Shown piece after piece: positions 1 through 13,341 of a stretch of DNA of 64,000 bases. The stretch is from NCBI GenBank assembly GCA_965237415.1, contig CBDEFM010000001.1, forward strand, positions 512,001 through 576,000, in the 5' to 3' direction. This stretch comes from Alphaproteobacteria bacterium. GTDB lineage: Bacteria > Pseudomonadota > Alphaproteobacteria > UBA828. Position 1 is the stretch's first letter; each line of letters begins with the position of its first letter. A program made the position numbers and the translations under genes. The notes under the pieces are model-generated. The model was given only the letters and a program-made list of their open reading frames with translations, was not told the DNA's origin and ran no database searches.

Positions 1-441
1 CACGCCGGAGACGGCGCCGCTCGCGCCGATGGTGGGGATCTGCGAGGCGGGCTCCACGGCGGCGTGGGTGAGCCCGGCCACCGCGCCGCAGAGGAGATAG
101 AAGATCGCGAAGCGCCAGTGGCCCATCGCGTCTTCGACGTTGTCGCCGAAAATCCAGAGATAGAGCATGTTGCCGAACAGGTGCCAGAAGCCCCCGTGCA
201 GGAACATCGAGGTGACGATGGTGAGCCAGGGCGTCACAGCCACCATGTCGGGCTCGCGCCGGAGCTCGCCGAGGACCGTCACGGGGATCATGCCGAGGCG
301 GAAGACCAGCTCGGCATCGAACTGATCGCCGCCGATGGCCTGGACGATCCAGACCACGGTGCAGGCGGCGATCATCGCCACCGTCACGAACTGAAAGCCG
401 ATCCGGTGGAGCGGATTGTCGTCTCTGAGCGGCAAGAACAT
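1..441 (-). CDS. Rhomboid family intramembrane serine protease (3' end outside window)
   Basis: Manual translation from ATG at 441: MFLPLRDDNP...SMFLHGGFWHLFGNMLYLWIFGDNVED...IGASGAVSG, the typical rhomboid motifs. Confidence 0.9.
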   Translation of the reverse strand, partial: MFLPLRDDNPLHRIGFQFVTVAMIAACTVVWIVQAIGGDQFDAELVFRLGMIPVTVLGELRREPDMVAVTPWLTIVTSMFLHGGFWHLFGNMLYLWIFGDNVEDAMGHWRFAIFYLLCGAVAGLTHAAVEPASQIPTIGASGAVSGV

Positions 442-1028
442 GGCTCGACAGACTCAGGCCTATGTCGCCAACTCGCAAGTATGAGGCGTGAAGAGAGAGT
501 AGCCGCTTTTGCGAAACTGTGGGCGCTCTCCCCTAACCGTTGTCTCGAAAATTGCGAGGCCGGCTCATCCACCCGTGTCAGGGTGCCCGTGTCCCTCTTG
601 GCGATGACGGCCGCCAAGCCGACCGCTATACTGGATTCTGCAACCTCCAGACCGTGTCCTCGTGGTGCGAACCGGAGGGTTTGCGATGCGGGCGCATCGT
701 TGAGGAGTGGCGGCGCGTCACTCCGACAGGTGAGCGTGGCACCGCGGGAAGGGAAGCGGTGTTCGATGTGCTCCTCGAGCAAGGCGCTCTTGGGTGCGGT
801 GGAGCTGTAGCGGAAGCCTGAGGGAACCCCGAGCCAAGCAGTCGGCACGGGAACCACCTCCAGCCAGCCCGATGCCATACTCGGCGGCAATCGTTTTCGA
901 GCCCCGGTCGGGTAACTCCGACTGGGCATCGGCCTGTCTGGACTAGGTTAACCGACCTCTCCGCACCTCGTGCATAACGGCTCTGACGCGCAGGCCGTCA
1001 CCGACCAACTCGCATTGGGGAGAATGAG

Positions 1029-2171
1029 ATGCCACTTCCAAACGAACCCTGTGGATCGTTACCGAGATCGTCGAAGCTGCAGTCCGCTTACGCTGACTAT
1101 GACGCGGGCAAGATTTCCAAGTCGGACCTTGAAGCTCTGCAAGATGAGGCCGTCCAGGACTCGCTCGAAAGAATGGAGGCAACGGGCCAGGAAATTAATT
1201 GCGATGGCGAACAGCGATGGTCCAGCTTCGCCACCTACCCGATAACGGACACGATGACGGGAACAGGTTTGGTGGACACGCTGGGAGACGGCGGCCAGAT
1301 TTTCGCCTTGTTCCCTGACGGTCATTACAGAAAGCTTCCAAAACTCGTAAAGGGCCCGTTCAAGTACAAGAACTATGCTGCTGAATCGACGAAGAAGGCC
1401 GTTGCGCTCGCCAAGGGTCCGGTCAAACAGGCGGTGATTGCGCCCTCGATGCTGGCGCTACTCTATCCGTTGGACAGCGAGGTCAAAGGCTATACGCACG
1501 AACAGTTCTACGACGATCTCGTCAAGGAGTGCGTCAAGGACGTCAAAATGGCCTTCGCTGCCGGCGCCGCGCGCGTTTCGATCGATTTCACGGAAGGCCG
1601 GCTCGCGTGCAAGAAGGACTCGAACAACCCCTGGACTGGGGCAGGAATGCTGCCTCTGTTCATCGACCTGATAAATCGGGTCCTCGGGGAGTTCACTGCG
1701 GAACAGAGGCTGAATATCGGCGTTCACACATGCCCGGGCAGCGACTGCACGACGACGCACAGTCTCGATGTCGACTACGTTGAGCTATTGCCGGACATGT
1801 TCCGGCTCAACGCAGGGTATTTCTTGATTCAGGCGGCCAGCGAAAACGACCAGGAATATGTCTACAAGCTGATTGGAGAGAATCGGAGAGACGACGCGAA
1901 TGGTGTTCCTCAGACGTGCTTCATCGGCGTCATCGACCCGATCAACCCAGAGGTGGAAAGGCCGCAAGACATCTGCGACGAACTGATGATGGCGGCGCAG
2001 TATATCCCCGCCAACATGCTCGGCGTGACCGACGATTGCGGCTTCCAGCCGTTTAGCAACGATCCAAGACCGAACTACGGATCACCCGACATCGCGCGGG
2101 ACGTTGCCTTCAAGAAAATCACCGCGCGTTTGGAGGGTGCCCGAATGGCGTCGGAGAAGCTGGGAGTCTAG
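1029..2171 (+). CDS. Cobalamin-independent methionine synthase II family protein (single catalytic domain, MetE C-terminal-like)
   Basis: GSLPR start, DGEQ, Zn ligand motifs HTCPG and DDCGF; 380 aa; GGAG RBS upstream. Confidence 0.85.
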   Translation: MPLPNEPCGSLPRSSKLQSAYADYDAGKISKSDLEALQDEAVQDSLERMEATGQEINCDGEQRWSSFATYPITDTMTGTGLVDTLGDGGQIFALFPDGHYRKLPKLVKGPFKYKNYAAESTKKAVALAKGPVKQAVIAPSMLALLYPLDSEVKGYTHEQFYDDLVKECVKDVKMAFAAGAARVSIDFTEGRLACKKDSNNPWTGAGMLPLFIDLINRVLGEFTAEQRLNIGVHTCPGSDCTTTHSLDVDYVELLPDMFRLNAGYFLIQAASENDQEYVYKLIGENRRDDANGVPQTCFIGVIDPINPEVERPQDICDELMMAAQYIPANMLGVTDDCGFQPFSNDPRPNYGSPDIARDVAFKKITARLEGARMASEKLGV

Positions 2172-2318
2172 TGCCAACTTCGCTTCGCAACCCGGCACGC
2201 CGCACATGAGTGCCGATTGCATCGAAGGCTAGACGACGACCACCCGCGGCACCCCATTAGGGGTGTCCGCGGGTGGCAAACGAGGAGAGCGTAGGCACTT
2301 GGCGCCTGGGCCCGGCAC

Positions 2319-3788
2319 TCAGCCGTCGAGCCTGGCCCGTAGCGCCTCGTTGACCGCCTTCGGGTTGGCCTTGCCGCCCGAGGCCTTCATCACCTGGCCG
2401 ACGAACCAGCCCATCAGCTTCGTCTTGCCGCCGCGATAGTCGGCGACCTTGTCGGGGTTGTCGGTGATCGCCTGATCCACGAGCGCCTCGATCGCGCCCG
2501 TGTCGCTCACCTGCCGGAGCCCCTGCTCCTCGATGATGGTGTCGGCGTCCTTGCCTGTCGAGACCATGGCCTCGAACACGTCCTTGGCCGCGCGGTTGGA
2601 GACCGTGCCGTCCGTCACCCGGTCGATCAGCGCGCCGAGGGCAGCCGCCGAAACCGGGCTCTGCTCGATCCCGACCCCGGCGCGGTTGAGCGCGGCGAAG
2701 AGCGTGCCCGTGACCCAGTTGGCCGCCTGCTTGCCGACGCGGCCGGTCGCGACTTCCTCGAAGTATTCGGCGACCTCGCGCTCCGCCACGAGCACGCCGG
2801 CGTCGTAGGCCGAGAGCCCGTAGTCCTGCATGAAGCGTGCCTTCCTGGCGTCGGGCAGCTCGGGCAGCCGGGCGCGCTCGGCCTCCACCCAGGCGGGGTC
2901 GAGGGTGAGCGGCAGCAGGTCGGGATCGGGGAAGTAGCGGTAGTCGTGGGCCTCCTCCTTGGACCGCATGGAGCGCGTCTCGCCGCGGTCCGCATCGAAG
3001 AGGCGCGTCTCCAGCTCGATTGCGCCGCCATCTTCGAGCACCGCAACCTGGCGCTCGGCCTCGATTTCGATCGCCTTCATGACGAAGCGGACGGAGTTGA
3101 GGTTCTTGACCTCGCAGCGCGTCCCCAGCTCTCCGCCCGGTCGGCGCACCGAGACGTTGACATCGGCGCGCAGCGAGCCCTGTTCCATATTGCCGTCGCA
3201 AGTGCCGATATAGCGAAGGATGGAGCGCAGCTTTCGCAGATAGAGGCCGGCTTCCTCCGGGCTCCTGATGTCGGGTTCGGAGACGATCTCCATCAGCGCG
3301 ATACCGGCGCGGTTGAGGTCGACGCAGGTGGCGTCCGCGCGGCGGTCGTGGATGCTCTTGCCGGCGTCCATCTCCAGGTGCAGCCGGGTGATGCCGATGG
3401 TCCGCTGCGATCCGTCCTCGAGGTCGAGCACGACCCGTCCCTTGCCCACGATGGGCCGCGAGTACTGCGAGATCTGATAGCCGGGCGGCAGGTCCGGGTA
3501 GAAATAGTTCTTGCGGTCGAACACCGAGGTCAAGTTGATCTCGGCTTCCAGCGCGAGCCCCGTGCGCACGGCCTGGGCCACGCAATGGCCGTTGATTACC
3601 GGCAGCATGCCGGGCATCGCCGCATCGACGAGCGAGACCTGGCTGTTGGGCGCGGCGCCGAAGGCTGTGGGCGCGGCGGAGAAGAGTTTGGCCTGCGAGA
3701 TCGCCTGGGCGTGGACCTCCAGCCCGACGGCGATCTCCCACGCGCCGCTCCGCCCGGCGATCCGGTAGTCGCTGCCCTCGCCGCTCAC
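2319..3788 (-). CDS. gatB: Asp-tRNA(Asn)/Glu-tRNA(Gln) amidotransferase subunit B
   Basis: [27 protein letters not shown] motifs; in operon with gatA and gatC. Confidence 0.98.
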   Translation of the reverse strand: MSGEGSDYRIAGRSGAWEIAVGLEVHAQAISQAKLFSAAPTAFGAAPNSQVSLVDAAMPGMLPVINGHCVAQAVRTGLALEAEINLTSVFDRKNYFYPDLPPGYQISQYSRPIVGKGRVVLDLEDGSQRTIGITRLHLEMDAGKSIHDRRADATCVDLNRAGIALMEIVSEPDIRSPEEAGLYLRKLRSILRYIGTCDGNMEQGSLRADVNVSVRRPGGELGTRCEVKNLNSVRFVMKAIEIEAERQVAVLEDGGAIELETRLFDADRGETRSMRSKEEAHDYRYFPDPDLLPLTLDPAWVEAERARLPELPDARKARFMQDYGLSAYDAGVLVAEREVAEYFEEVATGRVGKQAANWVTGTLFAALNRAGVGIEQSPVSAAALGALIDRVTDGTVSNRAAKDVFEAMVSTGKDADTIIEEQGLRQVSDTGAIEALVDQAITDNPDKVADYRGGKTKLMGWFVGQVMKASGGKANPKAVNEALRARLDG

Positions 3789-5272
3789 GCCGCGCCTCCC
3801 GCGCTGCTCCGGTCCGGGCGGTGGGTGAAGCCCGCGGCGCTCTCCAGCACACCCGCCGCACGGAAGAGCGTCGGCTCGTCGAAGGGCCGTGCGATCAGGT
3901 GCAGGCCGAGCGGCAGCCCGTCGTCCGTGAGGCCGGCCGGCACCGAGATCGCGGGGAGACCCGCGAGGCTCGCCGGCACCGTGAACACGTCATTCAGGTA
4001 CATGGCGATGGGGTCGTCCATCTTCTCGCCGATGGCGAAGGCGGCGAAGGGCGCGGTGGGCGTCAGCACCGCGTCCACGCTCTCGAAGGCGGTCTCGAAA
4101 TCGCGCGCGATGAGGGTCCGCACCTTCTGCGCCTTCAGGTAGTAGGCGTCGTAATAACCGGCGGAGAGTACATAGGTGCCGATGAGGATGCGCCGCTTGA
4201 CCTCGCGCCCGAAGCCCGCCGCCCGTGTGCGCGCATACATCTCGGTCGGGTCGTCGCCCTCCACCCGGAGCCCGTAGCGGACGCCGTCGTAGCGCGCGAG
4301 GTTGGAGGAGGCCTCCGCCGGCGCCACGATGTAGTAGGTGGGGAGCGCGTACTTGGTGAGCGGCAGCGAGATGTCCACGACCGTCGCGCCGGCATCGCGG
4401 AACCAGTTGACGCCGTCTTCCCAGAGCGCCTCGATCTCCGCCGGCATGCCCTCCATCCTGTATTCCGCCGGCACGCCGATGGTGAGATCGCGCACGTCGC
4501 CGGTGAGGCTCGCCGTGTAGTCGGGGACCGGGCGGTCGATGGAGGTGGAATCCTTGGGATCGTGACCCGCCATCGCCTGCAGCATGAGGGCGGCATCCTC
4601 GACCGTGCGGGTGAGCGGCCCGGCCTGGTCGAGCGAGGAGGCAAAGGCGATCATCCCCCAGCGCGAGCAGCGACCGTAGGTGGGTTTCATACCGACGATG
4701 CCGCAGAAGGCCGCCGGCTGGCGGATCGAGCCGCCGGTATCGGTCCCGGTGGCGCCCAGGCAGAGCCCCGCGGCCACCGCCGCCGCCGAGCCGCCGGAGC
4801 TGCCGCCCGGCACCAGCGGCTTGTCATCGCCCTGCCGGCGCCAGGGGTTGATCACCGGGCCGTCGGCGCTGGTCACGTTGGCCGAGCCCATGGCGAACTC
4901 GTCCATGTTGGTCTTGCCCAGCATGAGCGCGCCCGCCGCCCACAGATTGGCGGTGACGGTCGATTCGTAGGGCGGCACGAAGCCGTCGAGTATCTTGGAG
5001 CAGGCTTGGCTGCGCGCCCCGCGGGTGCAGAAGAGGTCCTTGACGGCGAGCGGAATGCCTTCGAGATGGCGCCCCTCGCCGGCCGCGAGTCGCCGATCGG
5101 CTTCGTCCGCCGCGGCGCGCGCTTGATCGAAAGTCTCGGCGACGAAGGCGTTGAGGTCGCGTCCGGCCTCGACGGCTGCGATGTGCGCGTCAACCAGCTC
5201 GCGCGCCGAGACCTCGCGCGCGGCGAGCCCGGCGCGGGCTTCGGCGATGGTGAGCGCGGTGAGGTCGCTCAC
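3785..5272 (-). CDS. gatA: Asp-tRNA(Asn)/Glu-tRNA(Gln) amidotransferase subunit A
   Basis: Amidase signature [34 protein letters not shown]. Confidence 0.98.
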   Translation of the reverse strand: MSDLTALTIAEARAGLAAREVSARELVDAHIAAVEAGRDLNAFVAETFDQARAAADEADRRLAAGEGRHLEGIPLAVKDLFCTRGARSQACSKILDGFVPPYESTVTANLWAAGALMLGKTNMDEFAMGSANVTSADGPVINPWRRQGDDKPLVPGGSSGGSAAAVAAGLCLGATGTDTGGSIRQPAAFCGIVGMKPTYGRCSRWGMIAFASSLDQAGPLTRTVEDAALMLQAMAGHDPKDSTSIDRPVPDYTASLTGDVRDLTIGVPAEYRMEGMPAEIEALWEDGVNWFRDAGATVVDISLPLTKYALPTYYIVAPAEASSNLARYDGVRYGLRVEGDDPTEMYARTRAAGFGREVKRRILIGTYVLSAGYYDAYYLKAQKVRTLIARDFETAFESVDAVLTPTAPFAAFAIGEKMDDPIAMYLNDVFTVPASLAGLPAISVPAGLTDDGLPLGLHLIARPFDEPTLFRAAGVLESAAGFTHRPDRSSAGGAA

Positions 5273-5556
5273 TCGAGCACCCTGGGGACGACGAAGAAGT
5301 TGTCGTCGGCCTCCGGCGCGTTGGCGAGCAATTCGTCGGTCTGCGCGCCGGCCGACGGCCGGTCCTCCCGTTGCGGGAGCGTCGCGGCGATGGCGCCGGT
5401 CATCGGCTCGACGCCCTCGGTATCGACCTCGCCCAACTGCTCGACCCAGGCGAGGATGCCGTTCAGCTCCTGCGCCATGGGTTCGAGCGCGTCGTCCTCC
5501 ATCGCGATGCGCGAGAGGCGGGCGATCCGCACCACGGTGTCCTTGTCGATGGTCAT
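5269..5556 (-). CDS. gatC: Amidotransferase subunit C
   Basis: [17 protein letters not shown]...LANAP...FFVVPRVLE, 95 aa, overlaps the gatA start. Confidence 0.95.
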   Translation of the reverse strand: MTIDKDTVVRIARLSRIAMEDDALEPMAQELNGILAWVEQLGEVDTEGVEPMTGAIAATLPQREDRPSAGAQTDELLANAPEADDNFFVVPRVLE

Positions 5557-6698
5557 GACCGAACGAGACCCGTTGAGTCCTGCCAGCGGGCGAGCACGTC
5601 CGGCGCGCTCACGTAATCGACGGGCGGACGCGGCGGCGGGGGTTCGCCGTCGATCCAGCCGGGGAAGAGAATTTCGTAAGCCGGCGTCGGCGTATCGTGC
5701 CGGCGCAGCATCTGCCGTGCCTTGATCTGCGGATGGTCCGGCACGTCCTCCAGGCGATGGACCGGCTCGTAGCAGCAGTCGACGCCTTCCATGAGCCGGT
5801 TCATCTCGTCGAGGGTCCGCGCCTGGACGAAGGCGGCGACCTCGCCGATCAGCGCCTCTTGCGGCCGGGGCTCCCACTGCCGCTCGATCCACTCCGGCCG
5901 GCTGCAGGCGGTGCAAAAGTTGGCCCAAAACTTGTCTTCGAGCGCGCCGAGCGTGATGAAGCGGCCGTCACTGGTCTCGTAGATGTTGTAGAACGCGGCC
6001 CCTCCATTGGGAAACTGCGCCGCTCGCTGGGCGTCCCATTCCTTGTGGAAGAGCCCGTTAAGCGCCCAGACCTGCCAGGGCAGCACGGTCTCGGCAATGC
6101 TGACGTCGATGGTGGCGCCGCGCCCCGCTTCGTTCCGGCTGCGGCCGAGCAGCCCGCCCATGATACTGAGCGCGGCCTGCATCCCGCTCGCGAAGTCGGC
6201 GGTCGGCGGGAAGGAGACCACCGGCCGCTCGGGCACGCCGGAGCGCTCCAGCCCGCCCATCAAGCCCATGTAGTTGATGTCGTGCCCGCCCCGCAGGCGA
6301 TAGGGCCCTTCGAGACCCCAGCCCGAGAGCGAGCAGGAGACGATGCCGGGGTTCATCTCGTGCAGCGCCTCATGGCCGAAGCCGAGGCGGTCGAGCACGC
6401 CCGGCCGGTAGGATTCGAGAAAGGCATCCGACTGCTCCACCAGGGCGTGGAAGTCGCGCTTGCCGTCCTCGGACTTGAGGTCGATCTCGACCACGGTCTT
6501 GCCGCCGTTGACCATACGGTACCAGATCGAGACGCCGGTCTCGTCCTTAGGGCCAACGCCCCGCATGGGCTCGCCGCCGGGCGGCTCGACCTTGATCACC
6601 TCCGCGCCGAGGTCGGCTAGAATCAGGGTCCCGTACGGCCCAGGGATGTACTGGCTGAGGTCGAGGACTCTCAGCCCGGTAAGGAAGGGGATGGGCAC
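5553..6698 (-). CDS. CaiB/BaiF family (class III) CoA-transferase
   Basis: [33 protein letters not shown] motifs. Confidence 0.93.
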   Translation of the reverse strand: MPIPFLTGLRVLDLSQYIPGPYGTLILADLGAEVIKVEPPGGEPMRGVGPKDETGVSIWYRMVNGGKTVVEIDLKSEDGKRDFHALVEQSDAFLESYRPGVLDRLGFGHEALHEMNPGIVSCSLSGWGLEGPYRLRGGHDINYMGLMGGLERSGVPERPVVSFPPTADFASGMQAALSIMGGLLGRSRNEAGRGATIDVSIAETVLPWQVWALNGLFHKEWDAQRAAQFPNGGAAFYNIYETSDGRFITLGALEDKFWANFCTACSRPEWIERQWEPRPQEALIGEVAAFVQARTLDEMNRLMEGVDCCYEPVHRLEDVPDHPQIKARQMLRRHDTPTPAYEILFPGWIDGEPPPPRPPVDYVSAPDVLARWQDSTGLVRS

Positions 6699-6716
6699 TG
6701 CGCGGAGTGCAGTCGG

Positions 6717-9059
<2,343 letters not shown>

Positions 9060-9066
9060 GCGCCGG

Positions 9067-9393
9067 CTACTCCTTCTCCATCGTGCACTGCAGCGGGTGT
9101 TCGTTGCGCCGCGCAAAATCACACACCTGCTTCACCTTGGTCTCGGCAATTTCATAGGAATAGACGCCGCAGATGCCGACCCCGCGCCGATGGACGTGCA
9201 GCATGATCGTGGTCGCGCGCTGCTCGTCCATCCCAAAGATGCGCATCAGCACGATGACCACGAACTCCATCGGCGTGTAGTCGTCGTTCAGCAGCAAGAC
9301 CTTGTACATGGAGGGCTTCTTGGTCTCGCTGCGAGACTTGGTGATGACCGCGGAATCGTCGCCGGGCCGACCGGTTTTCCGTTGATCCGACAT
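9067..9393 (-). CDS. clpS: Clp protease adaptor ClpS
   Basis: [16 protein letters not shown]...HPLQCTMEK. Confidence 0.97.
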   Translation of the reverse strand: MSDQRKTGRPGDDSAVITKSRSETKKPSMYKVLLLNDDYTPMEFVVIVLMRIFGMDEQRATTIMLHVHRRGVGICGVYSYEIAETKVKQVCDFARRNEHPLQCTMEKE

Positions 9394-9483
9394 TGCACAC
9401 CACACCCCGCGTTCGCCACGCGTGCTGGCCTGCACTATAGCATGGAGGCCGGGTGCGCGGGACGGGCCAGGCCAGCCGCAGGC

Positions 9484-9906
9484 TCAGCCGACGATATCGG
9501 TCTCCGCGAAGAAGAAGGCGATCTCGATGGCCGCGTTCTCCGGCGAATCCGAGCCGTGCACGGAGTTGGCCTCCACCGACTCGCCGAATTCCTTGCGGAT
9601 GGTGCCAGGGTCGGCGTTGGCCGGGTTGGTCGCACCCATGATCGTGCGATTGGCCTCGACCGCGTTCTCGCCCTGGAGCACCTGAACCACCACGGGGCCC
9701 GAGGTCATGTAGGCGCAGAGATCGTCGTAGAAGGAGCGCTCCTCGTGGACCGCGTAGAAGGCGCGGGCCTGCGCCTCCGTCAGTCTGACCCGGCGCTGGG
9801 CGACGATGGCCAGTCCGCTTTCCTCGAAGCGCTTGTTGATCGCGCCGGTGAGGTTGCGGCGGGTGGCATCGGGCTTGATGATCGAAAGGGTGCGCTGGGT
9901 CGCCAT
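9484..9906 (-). CDS. ndk: Nucleoside diphosphate kinase
   Basis: [18 protein letters not shown] active-site motif. Confidence 0.98.
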   Translation of the reverse strand: MATQRTLSIIKPDATRRNLTGAINKRFEESGLAIVAQRRVRLTEAQARAFYAVHEERSFYDDLCAYMTSGPVVVQVLQGENAVEANRTIMGATNPANADPGTIRKEFGESVEANSVHGSDSPENAAIEIAFFFAETDIVG

Positions 9907-9978
9907 GGGTTCTCCCCCGTGCTGTGACGGCTGGCCCTTATAGAGAGTCGGCCCCCGGCCGGCAACGCCGGCGACGGG

Positions 9979-10434
9979 CTAGCGGCGCTCTTTGAAAAAG
10001 CCTCGAAGCAGCTCGGCAGCCCGGCTCTCCTGTATGCCGCCGATGACCTCGGGCCGGTGATGGCAGGTGGGCTGCTGAAAGACGCGGGCACCGTGCTCGA
10101 CCCCGCCGCCCTTGGGGTCCGCCGCGCCGAAGTAGAGCCGCCGCAGCCGGGCGAAGGCGATTGCTTGGGCGCACATGGCGCAGGGTTCCAGCGTGACGTA
10201 GATGTCGCAGTCGACGAGCCGCGCCGTGCCCCGTTCGGCCGCGGCGGCGCGGATGGCCAGCATCTCGGCGTGCGCCGTCGGATCGCGGCCGGATTCCACC
10301 CCGTTGCCGGCCCGCGCCAACACCGCCCCGGTGCTCCCATCGACCACCACCGCGCCCACGGGCACTTCGCCCCGGTCGCGGGCCGCCTCGGCTTCGGCCA
10401 TGGCGAGGTCCATGGGCGAGGGCCGGGTCGTCAC
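9979..10434 (-). CDS. tadA: tRNA adenosine(34) deaminase
   Basis: GEVPVGAV, HAE, TLEPCAMC zinc-deaminase motifs. Confidence 0.92.
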   Translation of the reverse strand: MTTRPSPMDLAMAEAEAARDRGEVPVGAVVVDGSTGAVLARAGNGVESGRDPTAHAEMLAIRAAAAERGTARLVDCDIYVTLEPCAMCAQAIAFARLRRLYFGAADPKGGGVEHGARVFQQPTCHHRPEVIGGIQESRAAELLRGFFKERR

Positions 10435-10853
10435 GGAGTTGCCTTGTCAAGTGACTGAATGAAATGGATGCCGCGAACGTGCTTCCTGCTCAGACGATCG
10501 TCGTTGGTGACGAACAGGTCCACGTTCGCCGCCGCCGCGCAGGCAAGCTGGATCGCATCCGGCGCCCGGATTGAACGGTCCCGGCGAATGTCTGCGAAGC
10601 GCCGCGCGGCACGCTGATCGAACGGCAGCACCGTCGCCCCTGCTTCGATGGCATGCTCGTACCGGCGCATAAGCGCCTCGTCGCCCGCCTCCATGGGCTT
10701 CACCAACACCTCGCCGAGGGTGAGCGCGGAGGTCAGCATCTCGTCCTCGCGTTCGATCATCCATTGGCGCAGGGCCACGACCTGCTCGGCCCGCTCGCCC
10801 CGATCTTCCAACAGATACACGAAGAGGTTCGTGTCCCAGAAAATCTTGCTCAA
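10431..10853 (-). CDS. vapC: PIN-domain (VapC-like) toxin
   Basis: TTG start; IFWDTN, E(V), DAIQLA, VTND acidic PIN motifs; 140 aa. Confidence 0.88.
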   Translation of the reverse strand: MSKIFWDTNLFVYLLEDRGERAEQVVALRQWMIEREDEMLTSALTLGEVLVKPMEAGDEALMRRYEHAIEAGATVLPFDQRAARRFADIRRDRSIRAPDAIQLACAAAANVDLFVTNDDRLSRKHVRGIHFIQSLDKATP

Positions 10854-11335
10854 CGCCAGCCCTCGCGCAGACGGCCGACGTAGGCGTCGGCGTCCTCGTG
10901 CGCCCAGACCGCCTTGCCCATCCCGCGCAAGGAGAGAATCGGATCGATGTCGTCTCCGCCATGGGCGCCCGCGTATTCGCGGCGATACCACTGGAGCAGT
11001 TCGCCGTAGGTCGGCGGAATCTCGCGCGCATCGGGGACATCCTTGCCAGAAGCACGCAGCGGGTGGCACGGATCGCCCGGCCTGAAGAGGCGCCGGCGCC
11101 CCTTCGCCGTCTCGACAAGCATGCGGTAGCGCCCCGGATTGGGCGCCTTGTTGGCGACGCAATGCAGGTACGCGTGCACCTGCACGCCGGGCCGCAATCG
11201 CCCGGCGCCGGCCACCTTCTCGGCCTCGGCCCGTCGGACGATCTCTCCGACCGTGAAGTCGTCGCGCTCGGGGTGCTGGCGGTGCAGCAGCGCCGTCGCG
11301 ATCCATACTTCGTCGGCGACGCGGATACTCGCCAT
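10850..11335 (-). CDS. Putative antitoxin / DNA-binding protein upstream of the PIN toxin
   Basis: 161 aa, overlaps the vapC start by 4 nt; VapB-like C-terminus (W..EDADAYV.RLREGW). Confidence 0.65.
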   Translation of the reverse strand: MASIRVADEVWIATALLHRQHPERDDFTVGEIVRRAEAEKVAGAGRLRPGVQVHAYLHCVANKAPNPGRYRMLVETAKGRRRLFRPGDPCHPLRASGKDVPDAREIPPTYGELLQWYRREYAGAHGGDDIDPILSLRGMGKAVWAHEDADAYVGRLREGWR

Positions 11336-11471
11336 GTCAACTCCCAAATCAACGTCTACTTGGTAAACATAGTGAGGTTGGCCAATTCGAGCAACATCGG
11401 ATTCGGGCGCGACGTGCCAACCGTCGGTGGAGTGTCTCCCCCTGGTCGCGCGTTCAGGCTACAGTCGGCGC

Positions 11472-12185
11472 ATGGCTCAGCCCGTCATCGGCCTCACGCT
11501 CGATTCCGAGCCGCCCGGCGGCTATTCCGGCGAGCCTTGGTATGCGATCCGCGAGAACTACTGCACCGCGGTCGCAGCGGCCGGCGGGATTCCGATCGCA
11601 TTGCCGCACGAGCCGGAGCTTGCGGAGCGCTATCTGGAGACGGTGGACGGCCTCATCATCACCGGCGGCGCCTTCGACGTGGACCCGACCCTCTTCGGCG
11701 CCACCTTGCGGCACGAAACCGTCACCACCAAGGACCGCCGCACCGCCTTCGAGCTTGCCATCACCCGCGCCGCGCATCGGGGGGCGGTGCCCTCGCTCGG
11801 CATCTGCGGCGGCCAACAGCTGATGAATGTGGCGCTGGGCGGCACGCTCATCCAGCACATTCCGGATGCGGTGCCGGACGCGCTCGCTCACGAGCAGCCC
11901 AACCCGCGCACCGAAGCGGGCCACGCCGTGTCGCTGGAGGCCGAAAGCCGGCTGCGGTCCATCGTCGGCACGGAGGCCATGCAGGTGAACAGCGCCCATC
12001 ACCAGGCGGTGGCGGTGACGGCCCCCGGTCTCGTGGTCAATGCGCTGGCGCCTGACGGTGTGATCGAGGGCATCGAGGACCCGGCGCACCGCTGGTTCAT
12101 CGGCGTGCAGTGGCACCCGGAATACGCGATCGACCCCGGCGACGCGCGCATCTTCCGCTCGCTGATCGAGGCTTGTACCCGCTAA
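11472..12185 (+). CDS. Gamma-glutamyl-gamma-aminobutyrate hydrolase family (peptidase C26, PuuD-like)
   Basis: LGICGG nucleophile, VNSAHHQAV, GVQWHPE. Confidence 0.92.
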   Translation: MAQPVIGLTLDSEPPGGYSGEPWYAIRENYCTAVAAAGGIPIALPHEPELAERYLETVDGLIITGGAFDVDPTLFGATLRHETVTTKDRRTAFELAITRAAHRGAVPSLGICGGQQLMNVALGGTLIQHIPDAVPDALAHEQPNPRTEAGHAVSLEAESRLRSIVGTEAMQVNSAHHQAVAVTAPGLVVNALAPDGVIEGIEDPAHRWFIGVQWHPEYAIDPGDARIFRSLIEACTR

Positions 12186-12215
12186 CCCCCGCCGCGAGTG
12201 GCAACAGGGGAATAA

Positions 12216-12839
12216 CTAGTTCGGACCCCAGTCGAACGGCGCGTAGTGGCCGTTGTGGCCGCCCACGGCATCGTCCCAATCGATGCCGAAGGCGTGCAGG
12301 TGGCTGTGGGTCCCGATGGCGAGGTGCAGGCGCTTGTTGGCGGGATGCCCGGTGTTGTCGATCATGATGGTCTCGGACGGGTCCGGCAGGCTGGGCACGC
12401 CCTCGGCCCCGTGGCTCAGCAGATCGCCGGCGGTGATCGAAAAACCCATCTTCCGCCGCTCGATCGCGATCGGGGCCCGCTCGATGCCGGCGAAGGTGCC
12501 GATGAGCGGCGCCATCAACGCCATGGGGCCGCCCTCGTCGCCCGAGCAGATGCGGCCGATGGCGTCCACTTGGCTGTCGCTCGCCTCGTCGTCGATGATG
12601 AGGCCCACGGTCCAGTTGCCGTCGCCCATGGGCCCGGCCACCATTGCCGCGGTGACGAAGGTCACGCCGCCGAGCTGCACATCGCCGTAGTGACCCTCCG
12701 CGATATCCAACACGATCGCGACCTTGCAGATGCCGTCGGTCGGCATCGCGGTCATGTTGGTGAAGATGCAGGGGCACAGGTAGTCGCAGTTGCAGGTCTC
12801 GAAATAGTCGCCCTTGATATGCCAGTCAGCCCCGCTCAT
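12216..12839 (-). CDS. DUF1326 family protein
   Basis: W.IKGDYFETCNCDYLCPC N-terminal Cys motif. Confidence 0.85.
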   Translation of the reverse strand: MSGADWHIKGDYFETCNCDYLCPCIFTNMTAMPTDGICKVAIVLDIAEGHYGDVQLGGVTFVTAAMVAGPMGDGNWTVGLIIDDEASDSQVDAIGRICSGDEGGPMALMAPLIGTFAGIERAPIAIERRKMGFSITAGDLLSHGAEGVPSLPDPSETIMIDNTGHPANKRLHLAIGTHSHLHAFGIDWDDAVGGHNGHYAPFDWGPN

Positions 12840-12896
12840 GGCCGTGCCCTCCATCTCGCTGCTGCCCGAGCATAGCACGGCGCGCGCCGGTTTCGC

Positions 12897-13328
12897 TCAG
12901 AGAAGGCCCAGCGCCCTGAGCTCGGCGGCCATCTCCGGCGGGAAGGCGTCCTCCGGCAGAGAAACCATGCCGACCGGGCCGAGATCGCGCGGCGCGTCGG
13001 CGGCCTCCAGATAGCGCCACCCCTGGTGCGGGCGACGGTGCACCGGGTCGGTCACAAACAATTCGGGAGCCATTACGATCGCGCACTTGGGCTTGGCCGA
13101 AGCCTGTGTCTCGTGCCGGTCGAAGGCCAGGATCCGCTGGCGCACCCGGATACGGCGCCTGATGACCCAGTACATGGAGCCGCCGGCGAGGATCTCCTCG
13201 GCCCGGCGCGGCGTGAAGCGGGTGACGTGGATCAGGCGGCCGAGCCGCTGAAGCCGCGCCGCCTGGACCGCGCGCAGGTGATCGACACCGTCGATCCCGA
13301 CGGCAAGCTTCAACAGGTTGAGAGACAC
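12897..13328 (-). CDS. DUF1489 family protein
   Basis: LLKLAVG, PRRAEEILAGGSMYWVI, QGWRYL, ELRALGLL. Confidence 0.88.
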   Translation of the reverse strand: MSLNLLKLAVGIDGVDHLRAVQAARLQRLGRLIHVTRFTPRRAEEILAGGSMYWVIRRRIRVRQRILAFDRHETQASAKPKCAIVMAPELFVTDPVHRRPHQGWRYLEAADAPRDLGPVGMVSLPEDAFPPEMAAELRALGLL

Positions 13329-13341
13329 CGCACTCGATTGC

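Noticed and set aside
450-1028. Cobalamin or SAM riboswitch upstream of the methionine synthase
   Set aside because: A GGGAA motif is present, but I could not find the other conserved elements by eye; needs an Rfam scan.
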